NCBI GenBank assembly: GCA_949288455.1
Contig: CASEKF010000019.1
Coordinates: 5,940-69,939 of the forward strand
From: an uncultured bacterium
Lineage (GTDB): Bacteria > Vulcanimicrobiota > CADAWZ01
DNA: 64,000 bases
Reading direction: 5' to 3'
This document shows, in pieces, positions 16,878 to 26,372 of this stretch. The notes below the pieces were generated by a model. That model saw only the letters and a list, made by a program, of their open reading frames with translations, ran no database searches and was not told the DNA's origin. How positions within the stretch are numbered: position 1 is the stretch's first letter; every line of letters begins with the position of its first letter. Position numbers and translations under genes: made by a program.

Positions 16878-18497
16878 TCATTCCAAATCCGAATCGCTCA
16901 TCGGTTCTTTCGCTTCTTTCGTAAAAGAAAGGCCAAATACGATTAAAGCGAACGCAAAATAACCTGCGGTTATTTGATAAGTCAAAGTTTGAGCTATAGG
17001 CTGAAGAGTCCAAGGAAGATACATACTTCCGTTTATATCGGCAGAATGAATAATTCCAAAAAATGACAGAAGAGCCATTATAAGGAGATAAACAGAAACT
17101 TTTTTCAAATTTCTATCGATAGTTTCGGCAAGCATACCTCCCCAAAGCATAGCGGTAACGATAAAACCGTTTCCCAACGCGAACGTCGTAAGCATCTCCG
17201 GAACCTTAGATCCCGAAGTCGTTACAGACGCGTTAAGCGTATCGACCGGAACTATGGTAGGAATCCCATATTTAATAGCCAACAGACGAGCGATAGTCGG
17301 GAAAAGAGCCAAAGCGACTGCGGGAGCATGACGTTTCGGACAAGTAACGAACGCCTGCGCAATAATGTCCAGAGCGACAAAAAGAAGAATAGGAGCAAGA
17401 ACGGCCATCGGAATCAAAGATACGAAGAACGAAACGTAGCCTATTATTCCTCCAAGACCTATAAATAAACCGGTAGCTATAGAATAACCTACTCCGGCTC
17501 CCATTTTCTTATAAGCGGGCTGACCGATATAAGGAGTCGTCTGGGCTACTCCTCCGCAAATTCCCGCGATAAGAGTAGCGAAGGCTTCGGTTAATATAAT
17601 ATGGCCGGTATCGTAATCGTCTCCCGCAACTTTTGCGCTTTCAGTCGTGTTTATGCCTCCTATAACGGTCAGAATAGCGAAAGGAATAGAGACCGGCAGG
17701 TAATGCAAAGCTTCTCCGAATCCCTTAACAAAGTCTAAGCTGGGTATAGGAAGAGTTCCAAACTGAAGGTGCATATCTACGGGAACATACTTAATAACGT
17801 GCAGCCCAAATCCGAAACACAGGCCGTTTAAATGATAAAGGATCGTGCCGAAGACAATAGCCGCTAATAACCCCGGAATCTTTCTCGGAAGATCGATTTT
17901 CGCCACCAAATTATATAAAACCAGACCAAGAGCGATTATCCCTATAACAGGCAATGAGTAAATTTCAAGCAGAGGGCCGAATCCCAGCAAGCCTATCCCT
18001 ATTCCCGCAAGAGATCCCAGAAGTCCCGCCTGCGGAACTATACGCCTCACCTTTTCGCTGCAAAAGGAAACGGCAAGCTTAAATATGCCGGTTAGCGCCA
18101 TTGTGGCCATTCCCACGTACCAAGCCATATAAGCCGCGTCGTTAACGCTCATTCCTCTGCTTTGGCAGTTTATGAAAACCGGTCCCAAAACTACCAGAGC
18201 TATGCCTATACTAGACGGGGTATCAAGTCCGAGGGGCATAGCGGTAACATTTGCGTTCCCCGTTTTTTTATATAGCTTATATGCCATCCATGCATATACA
18301 AAATCTCCAAATAAAACGCCTATAGCAGTTCCCGGAAACATCTTTAAAAAAATGATTTCCGCCGGGAAACCAAAACCCGCCACGAGAGTGCCGGACAAAA
18401 AGGCAAGAACGGCCATATTATCGATCATTAAAGCGAAAAAACCGTTTAAATCTCCCTGTTTAAACCATTTGAATTCCTGTTCGGTGGACGCCGTCAT
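16878..18497 (-). CDS. NCS2-like nucleobase (purine) permease
   Basis: 12 or more TM helices; GDLNGFFALMIDN, TAMPLGLDTPS, TESAKVAGDDY, PYIGQPAYK motifs of the AzgA-like/NCS2-related permeases. Confidence 0.8.
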   Translation of the reverse strand: MTASTEQEFKWFKQGDLNGFFALMIDNMAVLAFLSGTLVAGFGFPAEIIFLKMFPGTAIGVLFGDFVYAWMAYKLYKKTGNANVTAMPLGLDTPSSIGIALVVLGPVFINCQSRGMSVNDAAYMAWYVGMATMALTGIFKLAVSFCSEKVRRIVPQAGLLGSLAGIGIGLLGFGPLLEIYSLPVIGIIALGLVLYNLVAKIDLPRKIPGLLAAIVFGTILYHLNGLCFGFGLHVIKYVPVDMHLQFGTLPIPSLDFVKGFGEALHYLPVSIPFAILTVIGGINTTESAKVAGDDYDTGHIILTEAFATLIAGICGGVAQTTPYIGQPAYKKMGAGVGYSIATGLFIGLGGIIGYVSFFVSLIPMAVLAPILLFVALDIIAQAFVTCPKRHAPAVALALFPTIARLLAIKYGIPTIVPVDTLNASVTTSGSKVPEMLTTFALGNGFIVTAMLWGGMLAETIDRNLKKVSVYLLIMALLSFFGIIHSADINGSMYLPWTLQPIAQTLTYQITAGYFAFALIVFGLSFTKEAKEPMSDSDLE

Positions 18498-18698
18498 ATT
18501 TAAACTCCTCTTAGAAAAAAAAATTTATTTTCAAGTCTTCGACAATTTTTTTTTCTATCCTTTGGTATACCTTAGAAAATTGTCCGTCTTCAATTGCTTA
18601 CGCGAATTCGACGGACGCGCCTGATATCCCCAGACCTGAAGGACGGGGTTTTACGGCGCTTTTCGATATTTTGGTGAAGTTCACAACAATTTGCTGCC

Positions 18699-18873
18699 TT
18701 CCGCGCGTTCTTTTGATCTTGACACTCCCCACGGCTAAAGCCGGGGGATTCTCCTCCGAACTCAGCTTAGGGATTCCTTATTCATCGATTACTGCGTCCT
18801 GACCGTAGCCAAAGCGACTTACGCAATCTCCAAAGGCTTAAATTCCCGTGTGCCCCACGGTATGTTATTTTTC
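18699..18873 (-). ncRNA. putative TnpB omega/reRNA (right-end scaffold plus flank-derived guide)
   Basis: Structured region between the tnpB stop and the TCAA right end. By the established TnpB mechanism the guide is the flanking GATCAAAAGAACGCGCGGAA. The 5' boundary is uncertain and may extend into tnpB. Confidence 0.65.
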
Positions 18874-19986
18874 TTATGCTACAGAGTTATGCTCCAATGC
18901 TTTTGCCAAGATATTTCTTGCGGCGTTTACGTCCCTGTCATGACGCATGCCGCATTCCGGGCAGGTCCACTTGCGAACCGAAAGGTTTTTTATTATCTTG
19001 TTTTGATACCCGCATACATGACAGGTCTGACTTGACGGATAGAAGGTATCTACCTTTAGAACCTCGCCGCCATACGACTTGGCCTTATATTCCAGCATAC
19101 GAAAGAATTCGCTCCACGATACGTCCGAGATAGCTTTCGCCAATTTATGATTGCGCATCATGTTTTTTACCCGCAAGCGCTCGACGGCTATCGTTTGGTT
19201 TTCGCGAACAAGCCGTGTGGACAGCTGATGCAAGAAGTCTTTGCGAATGTCGGCTATACGTTCATGCACACGGGCCACGCGGACTCGCTGGAGTTCGCGA
19301 TTCTTCGAACTCGGCATTTTGCAAGCAAGCTTGCGCTGTTCGCGAGCCAGCTTCCTTGACAGGCGGCGCAGGATGCGCGGATTGGCTACGGAGTTGCCGT
19401 TGCTGTCCGTATAGAACTCCTTGAGTCCTACGTCGATGCCTATCAGCCTGCCTCCATTGGGCAACGCATTGATTTTTTCTTCTACGCACAGCGAGACATA
19501 GTATTTCCCCGAAGCCGTGCGCGATATCGTAGCATTCAGTATCCTGCCATCAAATTCACGGCTAAGCTTGGCTTTCACTAAGCCGATTTTCGGCAGTTTG
19601 ATACGATTCCCGACAATGCGTATGCCGTTGCGCTGATTTCGGGTGCGATAGGATTGAAAATGGTTACGCTTCGACTTGTAGCGCGGGTATTTTGCTCTTC
19701 GCTGGAAAAAATTTTGAAATGACGCGTCAAGATTTCGAAGGGCTTCCTGCAGAGCCATACTGTCGACCTCTTTGAGCCACGAGTATTCGTCATAGCGTTT
19801 GAGAAGCGTCAGTCGGCCGGCTGTCTGGTTATAGGTTATAGACGTATGCTCAATGTTCCACGAATCTCTCCGCTCCGTCAGGAAGTAGTTATATACGAAT
19901 CGGCAGGAGCCAAGCGTTCTGTTGATGAGATCCGTCTGCGTTTTGTTCGGATAGATGCGGAACTTGTATCCCTTTGTCGATTCCAT
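18874..19986 (-). CDS. tnpB: RNA-guided endonuclease TnpB
   Basis: YKFRIYPNKTQ (HTH_OrfB), RuvC motifs GIDVG, AVERL and DRDVNAA, zinc finger CHVC/CPEC; start ATG 19986. Confidence 0.95.
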   Translation of the reverse strand: MESTKGYKFRIYPNKTQTDLINRTLGSCRFVYNYFLTERRDSWNIEHTSITYNQTAGRLTLLKRYDEYSWLKEVDSMALQEALRNLDASFQNFFQRRAKYPRYKSKRNHFQSYRTRNQRNGIRIVGNRIKLPKIGLVKAKLSREFDGRILNATISRTASGKYYVSLCVEEKINALPNGGRLIGIDVGLKEFYTDSNGNSVANPRILRRLSRKLAREQRKLACKMPSSKNRELQRVRVARVHERIADIRKDFLHQLSTRLVRENQTIAVERLRVKNMMRNHKLAKAISDVSWSEFFRMLEYKAKSYGGEVLKVDTFYPSSQTCHVCGYQNKIIKNLSVRKWTCPECGMRHDRDVNAARNILAKALEHNSVA

Positions 19987-19990
19987 GATG

Positions 19991-20401
19991 TCACTTCCTT
20001 TGCGATGTCTTTTGGGTTTCGACGTACCGCTTGGCAACGGCGAGCGGCGCGCCTACAACGGTAGAACAAAAATAGGAGTTTGTCCGGAGCGTCGGTAGTT
20101 TTGTCGTCAGTTGTTTGAATTCCTGCCGAAGGATTCTTGACGTTTTGCCCTTGACGCGTTTTACCGCTTGACGAATGCCAAATTGCGGATCTACCTCAAG
20201 AAGCAAACGTACATGATCCGGCATTATTTCCATTTCGATGAGGCCGATCCGATTTTCAAGACACGCTTCCTTTACGAGTTCCTTCAACCGCGCGTCAAAG
20301 CCGTCAACCAGCGTCTTGGTCTATATTTAGGGCAAAACGCAATATGGTATTTTGCAGGAATATACGACATTTTTGTTTGAATGGTATTTTATATTTTCCA
20401 T
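19991..20401 (-). pseudogene. tnpA: IS200-type Y1 transposase TnpA, inactivated
   Basis: MENIKYHSNKNVVYSCK, then a +1 shift (TGCAAAATAC) giving an early TAA; YHIAFCPKYR is in another frame, and a -1 shift restores KTLVDGFDARLKEL. HUH reads HVR and LWTNSYF reads LRTNSYF. Confidence 0.85.
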
Positions 20402-20480
20402 GTTTGTATCATATCATACAAATACATCTAATACAAATGGTTTACCCAAGTTAAATTTAAGGGCCAAGAAAGGATCGTAC

Positions 20481-21338
20481 ATGAATTTATTTAGCGTTAA
20501 CGAAAATTATTTCGTTAAAAGAACGAAAGAAGAAGCTAAAGCTAACAATATACCTCTAACCGTTATCAACCCTATGGAAGTCGCTATCTTTCCGGAAGGA
20601 ATAAAACTCGACGGAAAATATATAGACGCCTCTAAAACCAATTATTTTAGAGGCAGCGTAGAACCCTTTAAAAGAGAAAAAATAACGGCCGTAAAAACCT
20701 TTCTGGAAAAACGGGGACATAAAATTATAAACAGCGCCAAAGGATGCGAAACAGCTTCTAATAAATGGAAAACCAGACAAGTTTTAGAGGCTTCGGGCAT
20801 TTCTATGCCAAAAGCATGCCTGGCCGGAAATAAAGAAGACCTTTCGGCAATTTCCGAAACGTTAAAAGGATTTCCTCTGGTCGCTAAATCTTTCTACGGA
20901 TGTCGAGGCTCCGGAGTCATTTTTATACCGGACATAACGGTTATGAAATGCGTTTTCGATTTTTACGCGGCCTTAAAAACGCCGTTTTATTTCGAGGAAT
21001 ACATAAAAGGGGAAAAAAATTTTACGACTCGCATAATATGCATAGGAGGCAAAGCGGCGGCCACTCTCGCGATGGAACCGGATAAAGACGATTTTAGAAG
21101 CAACTCGCTAAAAGGGGGGAAAAACTTCAAATACGAAGCCGGAACAGAAGCGATAAGAGCGGCCGAAATCTCGGTAAAAGCATGCGAATTGGATTTCGCT
21201 TCGGTAGATATAATAGAAATTTTCAATCAAACCCCTAAAGTTCTAGAAGTAAATTCATCCCCGGGAATAGAGCTGGCCGAACAGTCCTCCAATAAAAACA
21301 TAGCGGCTATATTTTTAAATTATTGTCTAACCGAATAA
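20481..21338 (+). CDS. RimK-family ATP-grasp alpha-L-glutamate ligase
   Basis: ASNKWKT, FPLVAKSFYGCRGSGV, DFRSNSLKGG, VLEVNSSPG; start ATG 20481 after AAGGA. Confidence 0.88.
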   Translation: MNLFSVNENYFVKRTKEEAKANNIPLTVINPMEVAIFPEGIKLDGKYIDASKTNYFRGSVEPFKREKITAVKTFLEKRGHKIINSAKGCETASNKWKTRQVLEASGISMPKACLAGNKEDLSAISETLKGFPLVAKSFYGCRGSGVIFIPDITVMKCVFDFYAALKTPFYFEEYIKGEKNFTTRIICIGGKAAATLAMEPDKDDFRSNSLKGGKNFKYEAGTEAIRAAEISVKACELDFASVDIIEIFNQTPKVLEVNSSPGIELAEQSSNKNIAAIFLNYCLTE

Positions 21339-21422
21339 AAAATAAAATCGCTCCGCCCCAACCGAGAAAGCCATATTCCTCGGAAAGCGCAAAGCGACTT
21401 TACAAACAAACCTATAAAAGCT

Positions 21423-22622
21423 CTATGATAAAACTTGCTTTATGATGTCGATCGCCAAAAGAAGCTCTTCTTTCGTGATAACGAGAGGAGGAGCGAAGCG
21501 TATAACTTGACTGTGAGTTTCCTTGGCCAAAAGACCTTTTTCGAAAAGTTTTTCGCAGAACGGTCTGGCCGTGCCGGAGCTTTCCTTGATTTCGACTCCT
21601 ATCATTAAGCCTTTTCCTCGTATTTCTTTTACATGAGGCGAATCTATTTTAAGAAGTTCGGACTTAAACCATTCCCCTAACTCAGCCGAACGTTCCGGAA
21701 GCTTTTCTTCTTCGATAACCTCCAAAGCCGCTATTCCAACGGCGCAGGCAAGAGGATTTCCTCCAAAAGTAGAGCCGTGATCCCCGGGACGAAATACTCC
21801 CAGAATTTCTCTCGACGAAACTACCGCCGATATAGGATACACTCCGCCGCCAAGAGCTTTTCCGACTATATACATATCCGGTTTTACGCCTTCGTAATCA
21901 CAACAGAATAATCTTCCCGTTCTACCGAAGCCGGTCTGAATCTCATCAGCTATAAATAACGAGCCGTTCGCCTTGCAAAGCTCCGCAGCCTCCTTCAAAA
22001 AACCTTCCGGAGGAATATTGATGCCGGCTTCTCCCTGCACCGGCTCTATAATAAACGCGGCCGTATCGGGAGTTAAAGTTCTTTTTAAAGCGTCTATATC
22101 GCCGAAGGGGACTATATCGAACCCGGGAGTAAACGGACCGAAGCCGTCTTTATACTGTTCTTCAGTCGAAAACCCGACTATAGTCGTAGTGCGACCATGA
22201 AAATTATCTGCGCAAACTATAATCCTGGCTTTATCTTTAGGAGTTCTTTTAATGTTCTGCGCCCATTTGCGAGCCGTCTTTATAGCAGTTTCTACCGCCT
22301 CCGCTCCGCTATTCATCGGAAGAGCCATCTCCATGCCCGTCATAAGACACAATTTTTTCAAAAACGGACCCATCGTTTCATTGTGAAAGCCTCTTGAAGT
22401 AATAGTAATCTTATCGGCCTGTTCATGAAGAGCTTTTATAATCTTAGGATGTCTGTGTCCCTGATTAAGAGCAGAATACGCGCTAAGCATATCAATATAT
22501 TTTTTGCCTTCTATATCCCAGACCCATATTCCCTCGCCTTTTACCAAGACAACCGGAAGAGGATGATAATTATTAGCGCCGTATTTTTCAGCCTCATAAA
22601 TATATTCCTCGGTTTTAGTCAT
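21423..22622 (-). CDS. rocD: ornithine--oxo-acid transaminase
   Basis: [57 protein letters not shown]. Confidence 0.95.
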   Translation of the reverse strand: MTKTEEYIYEAEKYGANNYHPLPVVLVKGEGIWVWDIEGKKYIDMLSAYSALNQGHRHPKIIKALHEQADKITITSRGFHNETMGPFLKKLCLMTGMEMALPMNSGAEAVETAIKTARKWAQNIKRTPKDKARIIVCADNFHGRTTTIVGFSTEEQYKDGFGPFTPGFDIVPFGDIDALKRTLTPDTAAFIIEPVQGEAGINIPPEGFLKEAAELCKANGSLFIADEIQTGFGRTGRLFCCDYEGVKPDMYIVGKALGGGVYPISAVVSSREILGVFRPGDHGSTFGGNPLACAVGIAALEVIEEEKLPERSAELGEWFKSELLKIDSPHVKEIRGKGLMIGVEIKESSGTARPFCEKLFEKGLLAKETHSQVIRFAPPLVITKEELLLAIDIIKQVLS

Positions 22623-22695
22623 ATAAAACAGCCTCCTAATTTAATATTTGACATATCCGCAAAATCCGTCAATTTTTCATAGCGAATAGGATAAA

Positions 22696-22796
22696 CCGCC
22701 AAACAAATATATCGACGCGGCTTGACAGCCCGCCGGAGATATTTCCACGGATAACGGCCTTTGCGGCCTAAAAATCGATCCTTATTTGATTTGCGG
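22696..22796 (-). promoter_or_regulatory. candidate structured 5' leader RNA of rocD
   Basis: GC-rich multi-stem segment directly downstream of a putative promoter TTGACT (22839-22834)-N18-TATAAT (22815-22810); see findings. Confidence 0.5.
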
Positions 22797-22933
22797 CAAA
22801 TTTTATATAATTATATAGTGTAAATATAAATAAAGTCAATAGGATAACATAAAAACAATTATAAACTAAAATATACGTTAACGGCTCATTGTATTTGATA
22901 AAACCGGATTTTATCTCTACGTCTCCGCAAAAC

Positions 22934-25900
22934 TTACTTTTTTTTCTCAGGCTTCGAACCGCCGAGAGATCTTACTCCGGCTCCGGAAATTAAGCTTCTT
23001 CCTTCCGAAACTTTAGTTACTTCTATTCTCGCCGACACGCTTTCTTTTAAAGCTTCCACATGGGAAATAAGACCTATCGTTCTTCCTGATTTGGCAAGAG
23101 AAGATAAAAGCTGCAGAGCCTTTGACAAGGCGTTTTCGTCAAGAGTGGCGAAACCTTCGTCAATAAACAGAGAATCGATTTTAATATCATTGGACGAAAT
23201 AGCCGAAAGACCTAACGCCAAAGCCAGACTGGCCATAAAAGTTTCCCCTCCGGACAAATTGCTGACGGGTCTTATTTCTCCGCCCTGCTCGGCGTCTATT
23301 ACAAAGAGCGGCGACTTGTCAAAAGCGGCTTCGTCGAAAAAATCGGCTCCTAAAGTAAGGCGATATCTTCCGTCCATTTTAAGTAAAAAAGCGTTGGCCT
23401 GCTTAAGCAAAGCGCTCAAAGTAACGCGTTGGGCAAATCTTTGATATTTGTCGCCCTTCTCGGAACCAAGCAATTTACTAAGTTTTTCCCAAGGTCTCAA
23501 AACTTCGGCCTGTTTTTCAAGACGCTCGCTGATTAACAAAGAACTCCTTTTATCGGCGTTATTCAGATCCAGCGTATGTCTAAGACGCCCTATCTCTTGA
23601 GATATCGTCTCTAAAGAACTTTCCGACTCTCGAATTTTCTCCTCTATCTCTTTTCTGGAAAAATCAAATTCCATCTCTGATTTCAAAAAATTCAAAGATT
23701 CCGACAATTCTACCTTTTTACTCTCGGCAGAATCCAATTCGCTCGACGCGCTAGAAAATCCAAGGCTGCAATCTAAAACGGATTCGTTAAGCTTATTCCG
23801 TAAGCCTTCTATCCTCTTTTGCTCCAGCGAGACAGAGCCGGCATAACCCGGAACGTCCTCAAACAACGCAAACATAGAGCTTTTTAATTCTTCGATAGCG
23901 TTCAGACAAGAATTCCTTCCGGAAAGAGCTTTTTTTTCGGATTCTTCTAAACGCAACAGTTTATCTTTTAAAATATTGGATTTCTGTTCTAAATCGCCGA
24001 TCGCCAGCGAAGCGTTCCGATATTCTTCCTGAAGTTTCAGACGTTTTAGTTTTCTCGCTTTTAAAATATCTAAGACTTTTTCTAAGCGTCTTACGTCTAA
24101 ATTGTCGATTCCATATAAAGACGCTTCCAATTTAAAAGACTCGATTGAAACGGATATTTTTTCTTGAAGACGCCTCAACGTTTTAGAGTTTTCTAAAAAA
24201 AGAGCTTCCGTTTTTAAAACCTCCTCTTTAACGGAGGCTAAACGAGCTGAATCAGATTCTATAGAAAACAAGAACGACTTTATGTTTTCATCGCAAAAAC
24301 ATGCGTCTCTATAAAGCCGTTCAGTTTTTTTAGCTTCGATTTCCAAAGCTTTTTCGGCGGCTTCAAGAGCTTTAGGATCATAGCAATCCATGTCATATTC
24401 CGAACTTACCGACTTGATCATTTCGTCCAATTCAGTCTTCTTTTTCTGCAATTTTTCCAAAGAATCGCGATTTATCTTTATCTCGGCTCCCAGAGAAGCT
24501 TTGCGAATTTTTAAGGTCTCTAATTCAGACTCGATATCCGAAATAGACTTTTCTAAAGCTCCCAATTCATTCTCGGCGTCTGAAGCGAAAGGAATATTTC
24601 CAAGAGCGTAAGGATGATAAACGGAGCCGCAAAGAGGACAGGGAACATCGTCTTTCAAAGCTTTTCTCTCGTTTGAAAACGATAAAATTTTAGCGATAGT
24701 CCTCAATTCTATTTCAAGCTCTTTTTTTCTTAAATATCGACCGTTTTTTTCAAGCTCAAACTTGGAAACGGATCTTAAGCATAAATCCAACTCGCTCTTA
24801 CGATTAGCCTCGTTATCCGACGTCAGCCTTATTTCTGCCTCGATCTCCGTTCTTTCCTTTAATAAAGCCAGCAAGGACTTAATGCGTTCCAGTTTATCTT
24901 TACAAGCGTCTAAGGAATCTGAAATCTCCCGCGCAGACAGCGACGAGAGTTCTTCCCGGGCCGCTTTGGCAACGCTGAGATTCTTACGATTTTCTCCTTC
25001 ATGCTCCAGCAATTCGCGGGAAGCCCGGCGAAGAACGCTTAGCCGCTTTTCCAAATCTGAGATTTCTATTCCCTTCAAATCGGCCAGTTCGGAGTCTTTA
25101 ATAATTTCTCGACCTTTTAAATCCAAAGCGGAAAAATTTTCAATAAGATCTTGATCTCTCTCAGTATTTTGTAAAGCGTCTTCCAAAACCGCGCTTCTCT
25201 TTTTGAGTTCTTCAAAAGCGGAAACGTTTTTTTCGATTTTACCCGCCGCAACGGCCTTTTCCGTTAAGGCAACTTCGTAATCGGACTCGTAATTTTTTAA
25301 AGATAGTTCCTTCTCCTTTATCACGGCTTCTTTTTCCGAAGCTAAGCGAAGTTTTTCGGAAATACGATCGTAAACTCTCTCGAACTCAATTTGCCTCAAT
25401 TTAAGTTTTTCGAGCTCTTCGGAAAATTTTTTCTTACGCAGCCCGGCTTCTTCGATTTTTACAAGATACGAAGCCAGATCTTTTTCTAAAAAGTCCCTGC
25501 GATTCAAAAGATCTTCGGCCTTTCTCAGACGTTTTAACAACCTGTTTAATTCGAGCGCATACGACTCTTTAGCGTTCTTTTCCTGAACGAGTCCGTTTTC
25601 TTCTTCCGTAGTCAAAAGGCGCAAATTGTTTTTTTCAGTTAAAATATCTCCGTATTTTTTTTTCTCTTCCTCGGTTTTTTTATAAATTTTCACCGAAAGT
25701 TTTCTATAAAAATCAGTTTTGGTAATCTTTTCAAGAATTTCCGTTCTGCCGTTTCTATCCGCTTTCAGAAAATCGGCGAAAGCTCCTTGCGCCAACATAA
25801 CCGATTTGGTAAACTGAGAAAAAGTAACTCCTATTTTCCCGGCTATGGCAAGTTCATATTTCGCCGAACTTTTTTCTTCAAAACACAGCTCTTCCAGACC

Positions 25901-26260
25901 GTCTTCTTTAATTTCATAAAGTTTCAAAAAGACGTTTTGCAAAGCTCCTTCGGGCTTTTTCCTGGCTCTTGACTGTTCAAAGCGACTTTTATAAATTTTG
26001 CCGGAAGACTCGAACTCAACTTCGGAATAACATTCGCCGCACCCTTTAGACATAACTTCGTTTCCCGATTTTTGAACGGACTCCCTGGGAGTTCGTCCAT
26101 ATAAAGCTAAACAAACGGAGTCCAGAATAGTCGTCTTTCCGGAACCCGTAGGACCGGTAATAGCGAAAATACCGGAAGAAAAAACAGGATTAGTAAAATC
26201 TATCTCCCATTCTTTTTGAAGAGAATTTAAGTTTTTAAACTTAATTTTTAATATTTTCAT
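22934..26260 (-). CDS. sbcC: SbcC/Rad50-like ATPase
   Basis: Walker A GPTGSGKT, long coiled coils, zinc hook CPLCG, LSGGE signature, LFIDEGF; start MKILKIKFKNLNSL at 26260. Confidence 0.95.
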   Translation of the reverse strand: MKILKIKFKNLNSLQKEWEIDFTNPVFSSGIFAITGPTGSGKTTILDSVCLALYGRTPRESVQKSGNEVMSKGCGECYSEVEFESSGKIYKSRFEQSRARKKPEGALQNVFLKLYEIKEDGLEELCFEEKSSAKYELAIAGKIGVTFSQFTKSVMLAQGAFADFLKADRNGRTEILEKITKTDFYRKLSVKIYKKTEEEKKKYGDILTEKNNLRLLTTEEENGLVQEKNAKESYALELNRLLKRLRKAEDLLNRRDFLEKDLASYLVKIEEAGLRKKKFSEELEKLKLRQIEFERVYDRISEKLRLASEKEAVIKEKELSLKNYESDYEVALTEKAVAAGKIEKNVSAFEELKKRSAVLEDALQNTERDQDLIENFSALDLKGREIIKDSELADLKGIEISDLEKRLSVLRRASRELLEHEGENRKNLSVAKAAREELSSLSAREISDSLDACKDKLERIKSLLALLKERTEIEAEIRLTSDNEANRKSELDLCLRSVSKFELEKNGRYLRKKELEIELRTIAKILSFSNERKALKDDVPCPLCGSVYHPYALGNIPFASDAENELGALEKSISDIESELETLKIRKASLGAEIKINRDSLEKLQKKKTELDEMIKSVSSEYDMDCYDPKALEAAEKALEIEAKKTERLYRDACFCDENIKSFLFSIESDSARLASVKEEVLKTEALFLENSKTLRRLQEKISVSIESFKLEASLYGIDNLDVRRLEKVLDILKARKLKRLKLQEEYRNASLAIGDLEQKSNILKDKLLRLEESEKKALSGRNSCLNAIEELKSSMFALFEDVPGYAGSVSLEQKRIEGLRNKLNESVLDCSLGFSSASSELDSAESKKVELSESLNFLKSEMEFDFSRKEIEEKIRESESSLETISQEIGRLRHTLDLNNADKRSSLLISERLEKQAEVLRPWEKLSKLLGSEKGDKYQRFAQRVTLSALLKQANAFLLKMDGRYRLTLGADFFDEAAFDKSPLFVIDAEQGGEIRPVSNLSGGETFMASLALALGLSAISSNDIKIDSLFIDEGFATLDENALSKALQLLSSLAKSGRTIGLISHVEALKESVSARIEVTKVSEGRSLISGAGVRSLGGSKPEKKK

Positions 26261-26372
26261 AATAGATCTCCCAATAACGGCAATAGACGAAAAACAGAAA
26301 AAAACCATACGGGCGCGACAAGGCTCCAAACGATTTTAAAACGGCTCCTGTTTTGAGGATAAAAGCGAAAAC

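Larger units (their letters stand above)
18719..20450 (-). mobile_element. IS200/IS605-family insertion sequence (tnpA pseudogene plus tnpB); left boundary approximate
   Basis: Tandem tnpA-tnpB, visibly higher GC than the flanks; right end GAATCCCCCGGCTTTAGCCGTGGGGAGTGTCAA ending in TCAA at 18719. Confidence 0.9.
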
